DNA of 64,000 bases from Candidatus Fermentithermobacillus carboniphilus (GCA_018208355.1 CP062796.1:960494-1024493), one strand, 5' to 3'. Counted from the stretch's first letter, positions 35,640 through 45,347 are shown. Numbers and translations are program-made. The notes: generated by a model from the letters alone, not told the origin.

Positions 35640-37100
35640 TTAGGCAGCATAGAATATTTCTTTCGTTTTCTCATCGGGCGGCGCACTTAGATATGTGCCT
35701 ATGAGCATGAAAACCAACGACACTGCTGTTCCCAGAACACCGGGCCAAAGCCCGTAGGGCCAGTTGGAAAGAGACTTGAACTGTTGCCACCCTAAATAGT
35801 ACCAGTACAGCGATGAAATGAGACCCGAGTACATCGCAGCCAGAGCTCCTTGCCTGGTAGCTCTAGGCCACCAAGCTGCGCAGAGGATCGGAACTGTCAG
35901 GCTGGCTGCCATAACATTGAAGGAGAAGGCAACGAGCCACTGCACCGCATCGATAGGCCTTATCGCCAAAAGAATCGCGGCTACACCGAGAACGACTGTG
36001 GTTATACGTCCCACCTTGAGCTGCTGCTCGTCACTGGCTTTAGGGTTAATCAATGGTACATAAAGATCACGAGTTGCCGCCGCCGAGCAAAGGAGAAGCA
36101 CCGAGTCAACCGTAGACATAATAGCAGCTAGCACGGCAGACAGGACAACCCCACCGAAAACAGGGTGAAGAAGGTTGGCTGCCAAGGTAGGCACGAGAGA
36201 ATCTGCAACTTTGAGGTCGGGTAGCAGAACCCTACCGGCAAGGCCGACAACCCCCACAGATGCAAAGATTATAGTCTGGAAAACAATCGAATAACCAAGT
36301 GCAGCACGGAGCGTCTTCATGTCTTTGGCAATGATGAAGCGGACCACGGCAGCCGCGGATCCTCCGATTTGCAGCACCGACCAAGTTATCATATTGCAGA
36401 CAGCCCAAGTGCCGGTAACAAGTCCCGTTAGTTTGATGAGCCTTGGATCGATAGCAGCCAAGTTCTGGTGCAGAGCAGCCATTCCCCCGGCCCTGGAAAG
36501 GCTGGTGAATGCCAGAACGACCAAACCAACTATCATAATAAGACCTTGAACCAAGTCAGTCCACGCCACAGCGAACATGCCGCCTGTCCAGGTGTAAACA
36601 ATAATTACAATGCCTGCTACCACCATACCAACTAGATAGTCCAAACCTAAAGCAACCTTCAGAATCTCTCCGCAAGCTTTGAGCTGCCCCACCATTAGTG
36701 GGATATAGAAAATGAGCATTAAGAACGCATAGAAGAACCTGGCGTGCCTTCCATACCTTGCTTCAAAAATGTCGCCATAGGTATAGGCGTTGATGCGCTC
36801 GGCAATTTTGCGCATGCGCTCTCCGATTGAGAGGAAAGTGAACCATGGTGCGGCAGTCGAGGCAATGGAGACTGGAATGTAGTTGTAACCCAGTTTCCAC
36901 ACGGTAGCAGGGCTACCGATTGCTGTTCCGGCACTCATCTGGGTCGCAGAATACGAAAACCCGGTAACGGCAGCGTTTGTGCTACGGCCTGTCGTATAGT
37001 ACTCGTCTGTTCCGGTCACCTTTTTCGAAAAGTACCAACCTAGCGCAAGCATACCTATGAGGTAGAGTGCAAGAACAACCGAATACGTAAGGGTGATCAC
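35640..37100 (-). CDS. Sodium:solute symporter family (SSF) transporter
   Basis: 486 aa, about 13 TM helices, SSF-like N-terminus (YYTTGRS..). ATGA overlap with the small upstream membrane ORF. Confidence 0.8.
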   Translation of the reverse strand: MITLTYSVVLALYLIGMLALGWYFSKKVTGTDEYYTTGRSTNAAVTGFSYSATQMSAGTAIGSPATVWKLGYNYIPVSIASTAAPWFTFLSIGERMRKIAERINAYTYGDIFEARYGRHARFFYAFLMLIFYIPLMVGQLKACGEILKVALGLDYLVGMVVAGIVIIVYTWTGGMFAVAWTDLVQGLIMIVGLVVLAFTSLSRAGGMAALHQNLAAIDPRLIKLTGLVTGTWAVCNMITWSVLQIGGSAAAVVRFIIAKDMKTLRAALGYSIVFQTIIFASVGVVGLAGRVLLPDLKVADSLVPTLAANLLHPVFGGVVLSAVLAAIMSTVDSVLLLCSAAATRDLYVPLINPKASDEQQLKVGRITTVVLGVAAILLAIRPIDAVQWLVAFSFNVMAASLTVPILCAAWWPRATRQGALAAMYSGLISSLYWYYLGWQQFKSLSNWPYGLWPGVLGTAVSLVFMLIGTYLSAPPDEKTKEIFYAA

Positions 37101-37339
37101 TTGGATTCCCCCCTCTTGTCCTCTTCCCTATTTTGTCTGTAGATGAAAATGAACGAGGTTACTATAAGGATCACATAGCTCAGCCACGTCACATAGAAAG
37201 TATTCCAGCCGATTCCCCAGGGTCCCTCACCAGAAGTAACAAAATTCGCGACAATCAGGGACAGCAAGAAGAGTGCCATTCCGAGAAACCTAAGATACGG
37301 GACTCTAATCCATTTCCCATCCTTGGACGGTGCTCCCAT
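37097..37339 (-). CDS. Small two-TM membrane protein (YhdT/DUF997-like symporter accessory subunit)
   Basis: 80 aa, two hydrophobic helices, translationally coupled to the SSF gene. This arrangement is typical of PanF/PutP-type systems. Confidence 0.55.
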   Translation of the reverse strand: MGAPSKDGKWIRVPYLRFLGMALFLLSLIVANFVTSGEGPWGIGWNTFYVTWLSYVILIVTSFIFIYRQNREEDKRGESK

Positions 37340-37358
37340 TTGAATCCTCCTTTCTGGA

Positions 37359-38492
37359 TTAAAATTCTTGGAGAATCCTGAACAACAGGCCGATACGCTG
37401 CGGGAGAGTGCTGACCAAGATGTGTTCGTGAACTGCGTGACTACCGTCTCCGACTGCTCCTAGGCCATCCAGTGTAGGAACTCCGAGGTTGGCTGTGAAG
37501 TTGCCATCACTCCCGGCTCCGGTCGAAGCTTCAGGCAAGTCGAATCCGAGCTCTCGTGCCAAAATCTTGGCCCTCGAGTATAGTTCTGCGGTCTTTTCTG
37601 TCCGGACCATGGGTGGTCTCGTCATCCCACCTGTCACTTCAAGAGTAATACCGGGTCGGGTTGGCTTGAGACCTAGTATGACCGATTCCACTGTTTTCAT
37701 AGAGTCATTATCCGGTACTCTGACATCGATCTTTGCCGATGCTTCAGCTGCCACTACATTGGACCGGGTGCCTCCAGATATGACTCCGACATTTACAGTG
37801 GTACCAGTCTCGTAGTTTGTGAGGCCGTGCAAAGTCAGGATGTGACGGGCCAATTCCTCAATAGCACTTACTCCACGTTCGGGGTCCGAACCAGAATGAG
37901 CAGAGATACCTTTAACCTTAAGTTCAAAAGTTCCCTGACCCTTCCTTGCGGTTTTCAGAGCACCCCCGGGAGCGCTGGGTTCCAGGACAAGCACGTACTT
38001 GCTCTTTCTGGCTTCATTCTCGATGAGCAGTCTCGACGACGGGCTTCCGATTTCCTCGTCAGAGTTGCAGATGATGACAATACGTTTCTTGGGAGAAACT
38101 CCGAAATGCTTGAAAGCTTTGATAACTTCTACGGTGTAAAGGAAACCCGCTTTCATGTCGTAGATACCGGGCCCATATGCTTTATCTCCTTCCACCCTAA
38201 ACGGGCGACGGGCAACCTCTCCAACAGGCCAGACGGTATCCATATGACACAGGATAAGAGCTTGATCCTCGCCATCTCCGAAGGTCACCTTGAGGTTGTC
38301 ACCCTGCTGACCTCCCGAGAAGACTTCCACAGCGGCGCCTAGTTCCCGGTATACGTCAGCCAGGAAGCTGCCAAAACGGTCGACTGCCGCCTTGTCTGTA
38401 GAAGGCGACTCGTGCTCAACCAAGGATTTGGCAAATGAGAGCATTTCCCTAGTACGGTTTTCAAAGTAGGTCAGCAACACAGAACTATTCAA
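37359..38492 (-). CDS. M20-family metallopeptidase/deacylase (carboxypeptidase G2/ArgE-like)
   Basis: LILCHMDTVWP, GPGIYDMKAG, NSDEEIGSP, GISAHSG, AVHEHI are M20 metal-ligand and catalytic motifs. Confidence 0.8.
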   Translation of the reverse strand: MNSSVLLTYFENRTREMLSFAKSLVEHESPSTDKAAVDRFGSFLADVYRELGAAVEVFSGGQQGDNLKVTFGDGEDQALILCHMDTVWPVGEVARRPFRVEGDKAYGPGIYDMKAGFLYTVEVIKAFKHFGVSPKKRIVIICNSDEEIGSPSSRLLIENEARKSKYVLVLEPSAPGGALKTARKGQGTFELKVKGISAHSGSDPERGVSAIEELARHILTLHGLTNYETGTTVNVGVISGGTRSNVVAAEASAKIDVRVPDNDSMKTVESVILGLKPTRPGITLEVTGGMTRPPMVRTEKTAELYSRAKILARELGFDLPEASTGAGSDGNFTANLGVPTLDGLGAVGDGSHAVHEHILVSTLPQRIGLLFRILQEF

Positions 38493-38515
38493 TATCGTGT
38501 CTCCTTTCCGAACCT

Positions 38516-39685
38516 TTACCCCTGAATCAGTTTTCCGTCCTTGATTACTGCAGCAACCCGGGCAATATCTGTGATATCGCTCAGGGGATTCCCCTCGAAA
38601 ACTGCGATGTCAGCCAGTTTCCCAGGCGCAATGGTTCCCAGCCGGTCTTGGACGCCTATGCACTCAGCTGCCATAGATGTGACCGATATGATGGCTTCTT
38701 TCGGAGTCATCCCCGTTTTCACCAACTCCTCGAGACAGACGGAGATCTTTCCGTGAGGAGCATAGGGGTTGCCACCCGCGTCGGTTCCCATGCATATCTT
38801 GACACCATGTTTTCTTGCTATCTCCAGAGTTTTGGCCGCCCTAGACCTCAATGGCATCATCCTGCGGGTCCAGTCGGGATCGAGATTGGGAAACATACTT
38901 TCATGGCCCGGGGTTATAACCATAAAAACTCCCTTGTCAGCCATCATCTTGGCACCGTCTTCGTCCAGAAGACTTGCGTGGTCAACGATGTCTACTCCAC
39001 CTTCGACTACTCGTTTGATTCCCGCTGCTCCGTGGGCGTGGACCCCAACTCTGCGGAAGTTGGAGTGGGCTACTTCGACAGCGGCTCTGATTTCGTCGAG
39101 TTCCAGCTGGACTGCCTCTAGATGCTGCCCGGGTGATGCCCCACCACCTGTAGCCATGAGTTTTATCATATCGGCACCATTTTTGATCTGCTCTCGAACT
39201 GCAGCTCTCATCTCGGCAGGACCGTTTGCCTCTGTTGCAATGACATAGCAGTGGCCACCCGTTGCCGTAATCATCTTACCTGAGACAAACATCCGGGGGC
39301 CTATGAGTATTCCCTGCTCAATGAACTTTTTGAGAGATACGTCGAGATAATTAAAACCGCCAACATCCCTGCAAGTAGTTACGCCTGATAGTAGCGTCTT
39401 TCTCACAGAATCAACAGCCTCGAAGCACAGCTTGTCCCTAGGGTCAAGGTAAAGTTTGAACAAACTCTCTCTGCCGTTGAATGCCAGATGAGTATGGGCG
39501 TCGATTAGGCCCGGTAGAACTGTCTTATCATGAAAATCTAACACCTGATCGAAGGGACCTTCCGGTTCTCTGTCTGTTACGGATTCAATTAGGTTACCGC
39601 TAACAACGACATACTGGTTCTCCTTGACTTCAGACGCCCTGTCGCCGTTAAACAACCTTCCTGCTTTAATCAGCAATCTGTTCAA
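38516..39685 (-). CDS. Amidohydrolase-superfamily metal-dependent hydrolase
   Basis: VLPGLIDAHTHL (HxH), VGVHAHG, DHAS, GTDAG. Start moved to the TTG at 39685 (AAGGGGG plus 8 nt), because the annotated ATG at 39721 would lie upstream of the predicted transcription start (about 39714). Confidence 0.8.
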   Translation of the reverse strand: MNRLLIKAGRLFNGDRASEVKENQYVVVSGNLIESVTDREPEGPFDQVLDFHDKTVLPGLIDAHTHLAFNGRESLFKLYLDPRDKLCFEAVDSVRKTLLSGVTTCRDVGGFNYLDVSLKKFIEQGILIGPRMFVSGKMITATGGHCYVIATEANGPAEMRAAVREQIKNGADMIKLMATGGGASPGQHLEAVQLELDEIRAAVEVAHSNFRRVGVHAHGAAGIKRVVEGGVDIVDHASLLDEDGAKMMADKGVFMVITPGHESMFPNLDPDWTRRMMPLRSRAAKTLEIARKHGVKICMGTDAGGNPYAPHGKISVCLEELVKTGMTPKEAIISVTSMAAECIGVQDRLGTIAPGKLADIAVFEGNPLSDITDIARVAAVIKDGKLIQG

Positions 39686-39724
39686 ACAAAACACCCCCTT
39701 GTGTCGATTGCAATAAATCACAGA

Positions 39725-39740
39725 AGCAAGAAATATTCCT
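39725..39740 (-). promoter_or_regulatory. Candidate sigma-54 (-24/-12) promoter for the amidohydrolase-M20-SSF genes
   Basis: The minus strand reads aGGaatatttcTTGCt. The GG-N10-GC spacing is correct and the -12 TTGCT is perfect, but the -24 half is weak. Confidence 0.45.
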
Positions 39741-39820
39741 ATGGAAGCATTAGTTACAAAATCGAGTCATCACAGTAGGTATAAAGATTGAGGATCCTGA
39801 CGAAGCTGAGATTTGGTTGC

Positions 39821-41905
39821 CTATTGTACTGCCAAATAACCTTTTTGCCTTAGATAGGCAAGGTAATCTCTCCCGCGGGGAGTAAGCCTGGTTCCATTTC
39901 GCCCCCGTAGAGATTCAGTCAGTCCCAAGTCACTCAACAAGCGAATGCGAGTCCTTATCTGACCCGGGGTCATAGAGATCCCACTAGCCATCAGCGAGGT
40001 ATGAATAGCGTCTCGCCCTATACCATGCTCGTTCCCATTCTGGGCAAGACACTCCAGTATTATGGCGAATTCGTCAAGACCAGCACAACGACGTAATCGA
40101 TTGCTGACCTGGTCAAAAGACTCAGGTGTCGATTTCAGCGGTATCATGGTAAAAGTATTAAGGAATTCCTCTATAGCCGAGTGAAACTCCTGCAGCGTAT
40201 CTGCAACGCTGGCCGCGTATTTGATAAGTTCTTCCAGTTCACGCACATTTCCCGGCCAGGACCAATTCTGAAGCTTCCTCAGGAGCTTGTCCGGGAAAGT
40301 TGGATCCCATTGTGAGTACTTCCTTGTAAAGTATGCCGCTAAAAGAGGTATATCCTCTGGCCGCTCCCTAAGAGGAGGTATCCGCAGGGGGAAAGCACAT
40401 AGCCTGTAATAGAGATCCTTTCTGAATCGGCCTTTCTCGACTGCTTCTCGCAGGTCCTGGTTGGTTGCAGCTATAACGCGGACAGATACAGGGATCAAGT
40501 TTGAACCACCCACCCTGGTTACTTCCCTTTCTTGTAGTACCCTCAGAAGGCTCACCTGGACTGCCATACTTATGTCCGCTATCTCGTCTAGAAATATGGT
40601 CCCGCCATCGGCAAGTTCGAATAGGCCAGGTTTACCCTCTCGACGAGCTCCTGTGAACGCGCCGCTTTCATATCCAAACAATTCGCTCTGGACCAACGGC
40701 TCCGGCAATGCTGCAATATTCTGAGCTACAAAAGGACCATGTCTTCGAGGAGAGGCGTTATGAATGGCATGTGCAAACAATTCCTTCCCGGTACCCGTCT
40801 CGCCTGTAATGAAGACAGTGGTATCAGTAGCGGCGAGCTTCTTGGCTATATTCACAACCCGTTTAAGACCTGTACTTGCTCCAATAATATCTTCAAAGCG
40901 ATAACGGGCAGCTCGGGGTCTTGATCTCATAGCCCTTGCCAAATCTCGACGCGCTTCTTCGATGGAGGCTGACTCTAACGCGGTTATAACAAGGCTGCGT
41001 TGCTGATCCTCAATTGGAGTGACTGTTACCAAGTATTTTTTGTTCCCCAAAGTGCAAAGGCGGTTGACCTCAGCTACCCCGGTAGCAACCACCGTGTTTA
41101 TGAGGCGCTCTGGTAACCACTGCTTGATATTGGCCTGCTCGATATCCATCGTCCCAACCTTGACACCAGCCTCCAACATCAGTTTGGCGGCGTTATTCAG
41201 TTTCCGAATCTTACCTGTTGAGTCGCACATTATTACCGCGTCGTGAACGTTATCTAGAATGACTTCAAGTTCCTTTCTGGATGATTCGATTTCTGAAAGC
41301 AGGTTGACTTGTTCGCGGATAGCTTTTAGCATGCCCTTGTAATTGGCCGCAGTAGCGTAGTGTATACCTTCCAGGGGAAGATCAAGCCGGAGTGCTATTT
41401 CTACTAGAGTAGAAATGTCGATAGGTCTTACCCCAAGATCATGAATTTGGGTAACGTGCGAAGGAACTATGCTAGTAAAACCTGGAGTCACGGCAATCTT
41501 GACACTTCTTACATCCTTGTCACACCCGGGCCACCATGGGATGAGGTTGAGCGAATCGAGGCCAAACTCCCTAAGAACGTCCACAGTATCCTCAGCGACA
41601 TCCTGCGCGTTATTGACCACCAGTACTTTCGTATTAGCCTCCAATTTAAAAAGCGGGCCGAGTTTGGACGGATCAAGAGTCCGGCGCGAAATTATAAACT
41701 GCTTATTGGTTATCTTTCCCGCGAGAACAGGTACTACATCGCGAGATGATACGAGGATAAGATCGCCTTCAATCTGTGGAATTTCATGGGAGTCCTCCAG
41801 GCACACACCATAAATCGCCACCTGATCCTTAAAAAAGGATTTCAGCTGAGTTTCGAATATGCGGTATGTCGCGCGGGAGAGGGTAAGGAACGTAAGACGT
41901 TTCAA
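39821..41905 (-). CDS. Sigma-54-dependent transcriptional activator (PrpR_N-like sensor, PAS, AAA+, C-terminal DNA-binding domain; PrdR-like)
   Basis: GETGTGKELFA (Walker A), ESELFGYESGAFTGA (GAFTGA loop), GGTIFLDEI (Walker B), PAS-like LEVILDNVHDAVIMCD. Probable TTG start at 41905 (AGGAG plus 8 nt). The long ORF to 42070 runs through IS-relic DNA. Confidence 0.85.
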   Translation of the reverse strand: MKRLTFLTLSRATYRIFETQLKSFFKDQVAIYGVCLEDSHEIPQIEGDLILVSSRDVVPVLAGKITNKQFIISRRTLDPSKLGPLFKLEANTKVLVVNNAQDVAEDTVDVLREFGLDSLNLIPWWPGCDKDVRSVKIAVTPGFTSIVPSHVTQIHDLGVRPIDISTLVEIALRLDLPLEGIHYATAANYKGMLKAIREQVNLLSEIESSRKELEVILDNVHDAVIMCDSTGKIRKLNNAAKLMLEAGVKVGTMDIEQANIKQWLPERLINTVVATGVAEVNRLCTLGNKKYLVTVTPIEDQQRSLVITALESASIEEARRDLARAMRSRPRAARYRFEDIIGASTGLKRVVNIAKKLAATDTTVFITGETGTGKELFAHAIHNASPRRHGPFVAQNIAALPEPLVQSELFGYESGAFTGARREGKPGLFELADGGTIFLDEIADISMAVQVSLLRVLQEREVTRVGGSNLIPVSVRVIAATNQDLREAVEKGRFRKDLYYRLCAFPLRIPPLRERPEDIPLLAAYFTRKYSQWDPTFPDKLLRKLQNWSWPGNVRELEELIKYAASVADTLQEFHSAIEEFLNTFTMIPLKSTPESFDQVSNRLRRCAGLDEFAIILECLAQNGNEHGIGRDAIHTSLMASGISMTPGQIRTRIRLLSDLGLTESLRGRNGTRLTPRGRDYLAYLRQKGYLAVQ

Positions 41906-41966
41906 AACGACCACTCCTGCCCCAGGTCGAGCTTTGAAAGTCCATTCCATAGAAGAACAACCCGTT

Positions 41967-41992
41967 CCTGCACCACACCCCAGTTTTTGAGA
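41967..41992 (-). repeat. Relic C: solo terminal segment of the IS30-like element
   Basis: Minus-strand tctcaaaaactggggtgtggtgcagg matches 22/26 to ttccaaaaactcgggtgcggtgcagg at the end of relic A. Lies in the M28/activator intergenic region. Confidence 0.35.
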
Positions 41993-42066
41993 TGATGTGG
42001 AACTCGAAAGGGGAAAAGAAGAGTGTGTTAGCCTCTCCTTTCCCCTCCATAAATTCCCGATAGCCA

Positions 42067-43830
42067 TCATTCACCAGACATTACTGCAATTGCTCGGTCC
42101 AGATAGACAATGGCTTCCCGGAGGGCCAATGCAAGTCTGTTTCTTTCCCTTGTTAGCTTGGTCAAGAGATAATAGAACTCCGATGAAGACTTCCCCAACG
42201 TACGTATCTTTCTTGCTCCATAAAGTCCGGGAATAAATGGCATGGAAATTGCCAGATCTTGGTGGAACGGACCTGCTTCTGTGTACAAAACTGGAATAAG
42301 GCACCTGCTGACTTTGAGCAGATACTCATTGACCTTCCGAGCACCTGATGGTTCGACATTTGTCTTTTTGACTCGCGCATCGAACTCCTCGGCTTTCTCA
42401 GCAAACCTACCTGCCAGATTCATAACGAGCTCCAACGAGAAAGAATCATTTGCCTCACGCTGATACGAAGCAAGGGTTTCTGAAATTTCCCTGGCAAGTC
42501 TGGCATAGCGGTAGGGAAGGATATCATCAGCCACCATTCTGAGAACAGCTAGAGAATATATTTTCGTGTCCCGGACCAGGATGTCTATATCAGCTTTGTC
42601 CAGGATATCGTATTCTGAGTGCCACCACCAACCACCAGCAGAACCGCCTACCTGGGCACTTTTCTCCTTCGGCCGGTTTCCCATGAGAAAGAACATAGAA
42701 GGTACTCCAGTGCCCCAGAATGACTGGTCCGCTGCTCTCGTCGGCCGGACTGTGAAGCATTCCATATTTGTTATCATACTTGCTGTTTCCTCTACGAGAT
42801 CCTTGAGTTCTCCCATGGCGGTAAGTTTGGAGTAATCGTCCGCTCCTGCACAACCCGGTGAGTCTATGTTGTTATACGCCAGACAGTTATCATACAGATC
42901 AAGCCAGAAATTATCATTGTACCAAGTAGACCCTGAATAACGTCCGTAACTGTGCCCGGGCCACCAGGCAAAACGTACACTGCGCTTAAGACGATCCCGG
43001 AACTGGTGAAAGACCCTTGCCATCTCCAGGGAAGCTGCGTTCCCGGTAGCGTTATCGGTTATTCCAACGTACCAAGAATCCAGGTGGCCTCCAACCAACA
43101 CGAATTTTTCAGGCTCTTCGGTACCCTCTACCTGCGCTACAGGCAGTCTCAGTTTTCTCCAGGCCGTATCGGTTTCTGTACGCAGAATGGCCTTAACTGT
43201 ACCGCTATTACACATTTCTTTGAGGATATCCCCGTCGCGCTTAGTCACGCTCACACAGGGGATTTTGGGAAGCCACGAGGCTGATTCCGGAGTAGGGGTA
43301 CCCCACACCGGGCTTGCGATCATTTCGTGGATAACGTCTTCGTCGGAAGGCCAGGCGTTTATAAGTCCGACTGCTCCTGCCCTCTGAGCGTAAAGCACTC
43401 CATCGGGTCCACCCCGATCCGTAATCACAATTTTCCCGCGAACATCAATGCCCTGGAAGTCATCGGAAAGCGAGTCATCTCCCAGGATCCCAGGAGTTCC
43501 GTCTTTTATCGGGACATAGACCACTTCGGCAACGATACCCTGGGGAGGGGTGGATGGAGACAGGGCACGTGTCTTGCAGTGGAATTCTCTCTCCGTAGGA
43601 ACCAACGTTCTAAGATTAGCCCCAACCGGGTAAGAGATAAGTGAGGAAAACTCATACACCTGTACGGGAATTCCGTATCCTGATAGGTAGTCTACTATGT
43701 AATCTACAGCCTTAAAATCGTCGGGACTGCCCGACCGCCGATGCAGCCCGCTCATAACATGAAGGTGCTTCTGCATCTCCGCTGCAGAAATGGTAGCAAG
43801 TAAAGACTTCTTTAAATCTTCATCCTGCAT
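42067..43830 (-). CDS. M28-family Zn aminopeptidase/carboxypeptidase with PA domain
   Basis: GGHLDSWYVGITDNATG, WWPGHSYGRYSGSTWY, and a PA-like insert (GKIVITDRGG). 587 aa. Confidence 0.75.
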   Translation of the reverse strand: MQDEDLKKSLLATISAAEMQKHLHVMSGLHRRSGSPDDFKAVDYIVDYLSGYGIPVQVYEFSSLISYPVGANLRTLVPTEREFHCKTRALSPSTPPQGIVAEVVYVPIKDGTPGILGDDSLSDDFQGIDVRGKIVITDRGGPDGVLYAQRAGAVGLINAWPSDEDVIHEMIASPVWGTPTPESASWLPKIPCVSVTKRDGDILKEMCNSGTVKAILRTETDTAWRKLRLPVAQVEGTEEPEKFVLVGGHLDSWYVGITDNATGNAASLEMARVFHQFRDRLKRSVRFAWWPGHSYGRYSGSTWYNDNFWLDLYDNCLAYNNIDSPGCAGADDYSKLTAMGELKDLVEETASMITNMECFTVRPTRAADQSFWGTGVPSMFFLMGNRPKEKSAQVGGSAGGWWWHSEYDILDKADIDILVRDTKIYSLAVLRMVADDILPYRYARLAREISETLASYQREANDSFSLELVMNLAGRFAEKAEEFDARVKKTNVEPSGARKVNEYLLKVSRCLIPVLYTEAGPFHQDLAISMPFIPGLYGARKIRTLGKSSSEFYYLLTKLTRERNRLALALREAIVYLDRAIAVMSGE

Positions 43831-43942
43831 TTCATAAAACCTCCTCTGGCATACAGTCCCATGAAGTTACAAATTATCGGGCACAAATGGCTCAACATAT
43901 GGCTAAACGCACCTCTACGAAAACTGTTTCCATGATTCTATA

Positions 43943-43958
43943 TAGCAAGAATTGTACC
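43943..43958 (-). promoter_or_regulatory. Sigma-54 (-24/-12) promoter upstream of the M28 peptidase gene
   Basis: The minus strand reads TGGTAC-aattc-TTGCT against the consensus TGGCAC-N5-TTGCW (10/11). It lies about 115 nt upstream of the start codon. Confidence 0.7.
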
Positions 43959-44015
43959 AAAAGCGTAACATCAAAAATGCCTGGTGATGGTGATAGACAG
44001 AATGATTGTGCATTT

Positions 44016-44032
44016 AAATTGGTTACCAATTT
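44016..44032. promoter_or_regulatory. Perfect 8-1-8 palindrome AAATTGGT-t-ACCAATTT, a candidate upstream activator site
   Basis: Located 58 nt upstream of the -24 element. A related atttggttgcctatt (12/15) sits 61 nt upstream of the second sigma-54 promoter, at 39801..39815. Confidence 0.45.
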
Positions 44033-44205
44033 GGAAAGCGAATCGTGATAGCTTAGGCGGTCAGATCGTTCAAGGAGATCCCCCTGAAGGCCTTCCCGCA
44101 TCTGTGTTATCATACATATCGTGCCAGACAAATCTACACGATGCCGGCCACCCGAACACGCAATGTCACAAACCGCCTCGTGGTACGCGAGAGAGGAGAG
44201 CCACG

Positions 44206-44307
44206 ATGATCGAGGCAAGAGGGCTCACAAAGAAATACGGAAACTTGACCGCGGTAGACCACCTTAACCTTGAGGTTCGACCCGGCGAAATCTACGGGTT
44301 TCTCGGC
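44206..44307 (+). pseudogene. First 34 codons of an ABC-transporter ATPase gene, broken inside the Walker A motif
   Basis: GAGAGGAGAG Shine-Dalgarno plus [37 protein letters not shown], then the expected PNGAGKT is replaced by IS sequence. Confidence 0.75.
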
Positions 44308-45347
44308 CGGGTGAAGAAGATGAAGCATTGAGGGACCTTGTCAGGTCGAGAGAAGATGCCAAGGAAGACCTGCTACGCGCCAAGCACCGGGTTCTCAAGT
44401 TCTTGCAGAGGCATGGGATAGAGGAGCCTGCAGGCGTAAGGCCATGGACTGCCAAGTACTGTGCGTGGTTGAGGAGCCTGCAGTTTGAGTCAACAGCTTT
44501 GCAGGTGACCTTTGACGAATACAGGCTTGCCATCGAGGAGATAGAGGGACGTCTGAAGAGGATCGAGGACGAGATACACAGGCAGGCAGAGAGCAGCGTA
44601 CATGCTCCCGTAATAAAAGCTTTGCAGACCCTGCGCGGGGTGAAAGAAGTGGCGGCAGTCACTTTGGTGGCTGAAGTTGGGTATTTCTCGAGGTTTACAA
44701 AGGCGCCACAGATCATGTCGTACAGTGGCATAGTGCCAAGCGAACACTCGAGCGGGTCAGAGGTGAGACGGGGCAGCATAACCAAATCAGGGAACAGCCA
44801 TTTGAGGCGTATCTTGATTGAATGTGCCTGGAGTTACCGGCACAAGGCGCATATGTCGGAAGCAATCCGAAAGCGTCAGGAAGGCCAGCCTGCCTCTGTG
44901 AGAGCGATAGCGTGGAAAGCCCAGGTGCGCTTGTGTCAGAAGTACCGTAGTCTGGTGAGCAAAGGCAAGAGTAGTGGAATTGCGGTCACGGCAGTGGCAA
45001 GAGAACTGCTTGGATTCATCTGGGCGATTGCTCGAGAAGTTGAACAGCAACATATCAATGGGCAACACGCAGCGTAAGAGTCACAAGTTGATTAGGCTGG
45101 TACTGTAAACCAAAGATTTCTCAAGGAGGATTGTTCTGAGACTCTGGCACCGGGAAAGGAGAACCCTCGGCATTCCTCTGTACAGGGATTATTTCCCCAC
45201 GTACGCTCTTAGTTCGAGGTAGCTCCAGACGGAGGTATGTGGTGCAGTAGCCAACCCGCGAATATCAGAATGCCAACCGTCGACGATAGCCAGAGTCTCG
45301 GAGACACCTCTGTGAGAAGATGGGGTTGACGGCCTCGTTCATATCAG
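44307..45347 (+). mobile_element. 5'-truncated IS110/IS1111-family insertion sequence (C-terminal transposase domain plus about 270-nt 3' non-coding end)
   Basis: Transposase homology starts mid-protein at ..[20 protein letters not shown]. The N-terminal DEDD catalytic domain and the left end are absent. The right boundary is inferred from the 23-nt terminal match to 8176..8198. Confidence 0.7.
44328..45077 (+). pseudogene. IS110-family transposase, C-terminal (Transposase_20-like) part only
   Basis: ALQTLRGVKEVAAVTLVAEVGYFSRFTKAPQIMSYSGIVPSEHSSGSEVRRGSITKSGNSHLRRILIECAW is the conserved IS110/IS116/IS902 C-terminal domain. Confidence 0.8.

Noticed and set aside
41906-42070. N-terminal 55 codons of the long ORF 39821..42070 (sigma-54 activator)
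   Set aside because: This part runs through the IS30-like terminal relic and overlaps the stop of the M28 gene. A TTG with a good Shine-Dalgarno site at 41905 gives a typical MKRLTF.. N-terminus. Treated as non-coding read-through of the ORF caller.
44264-44785. 173-aa minus-strand ORF
   Set aside because: Antisense to the IS110 transposase fragment, which has clear family motifs on the plus strand.
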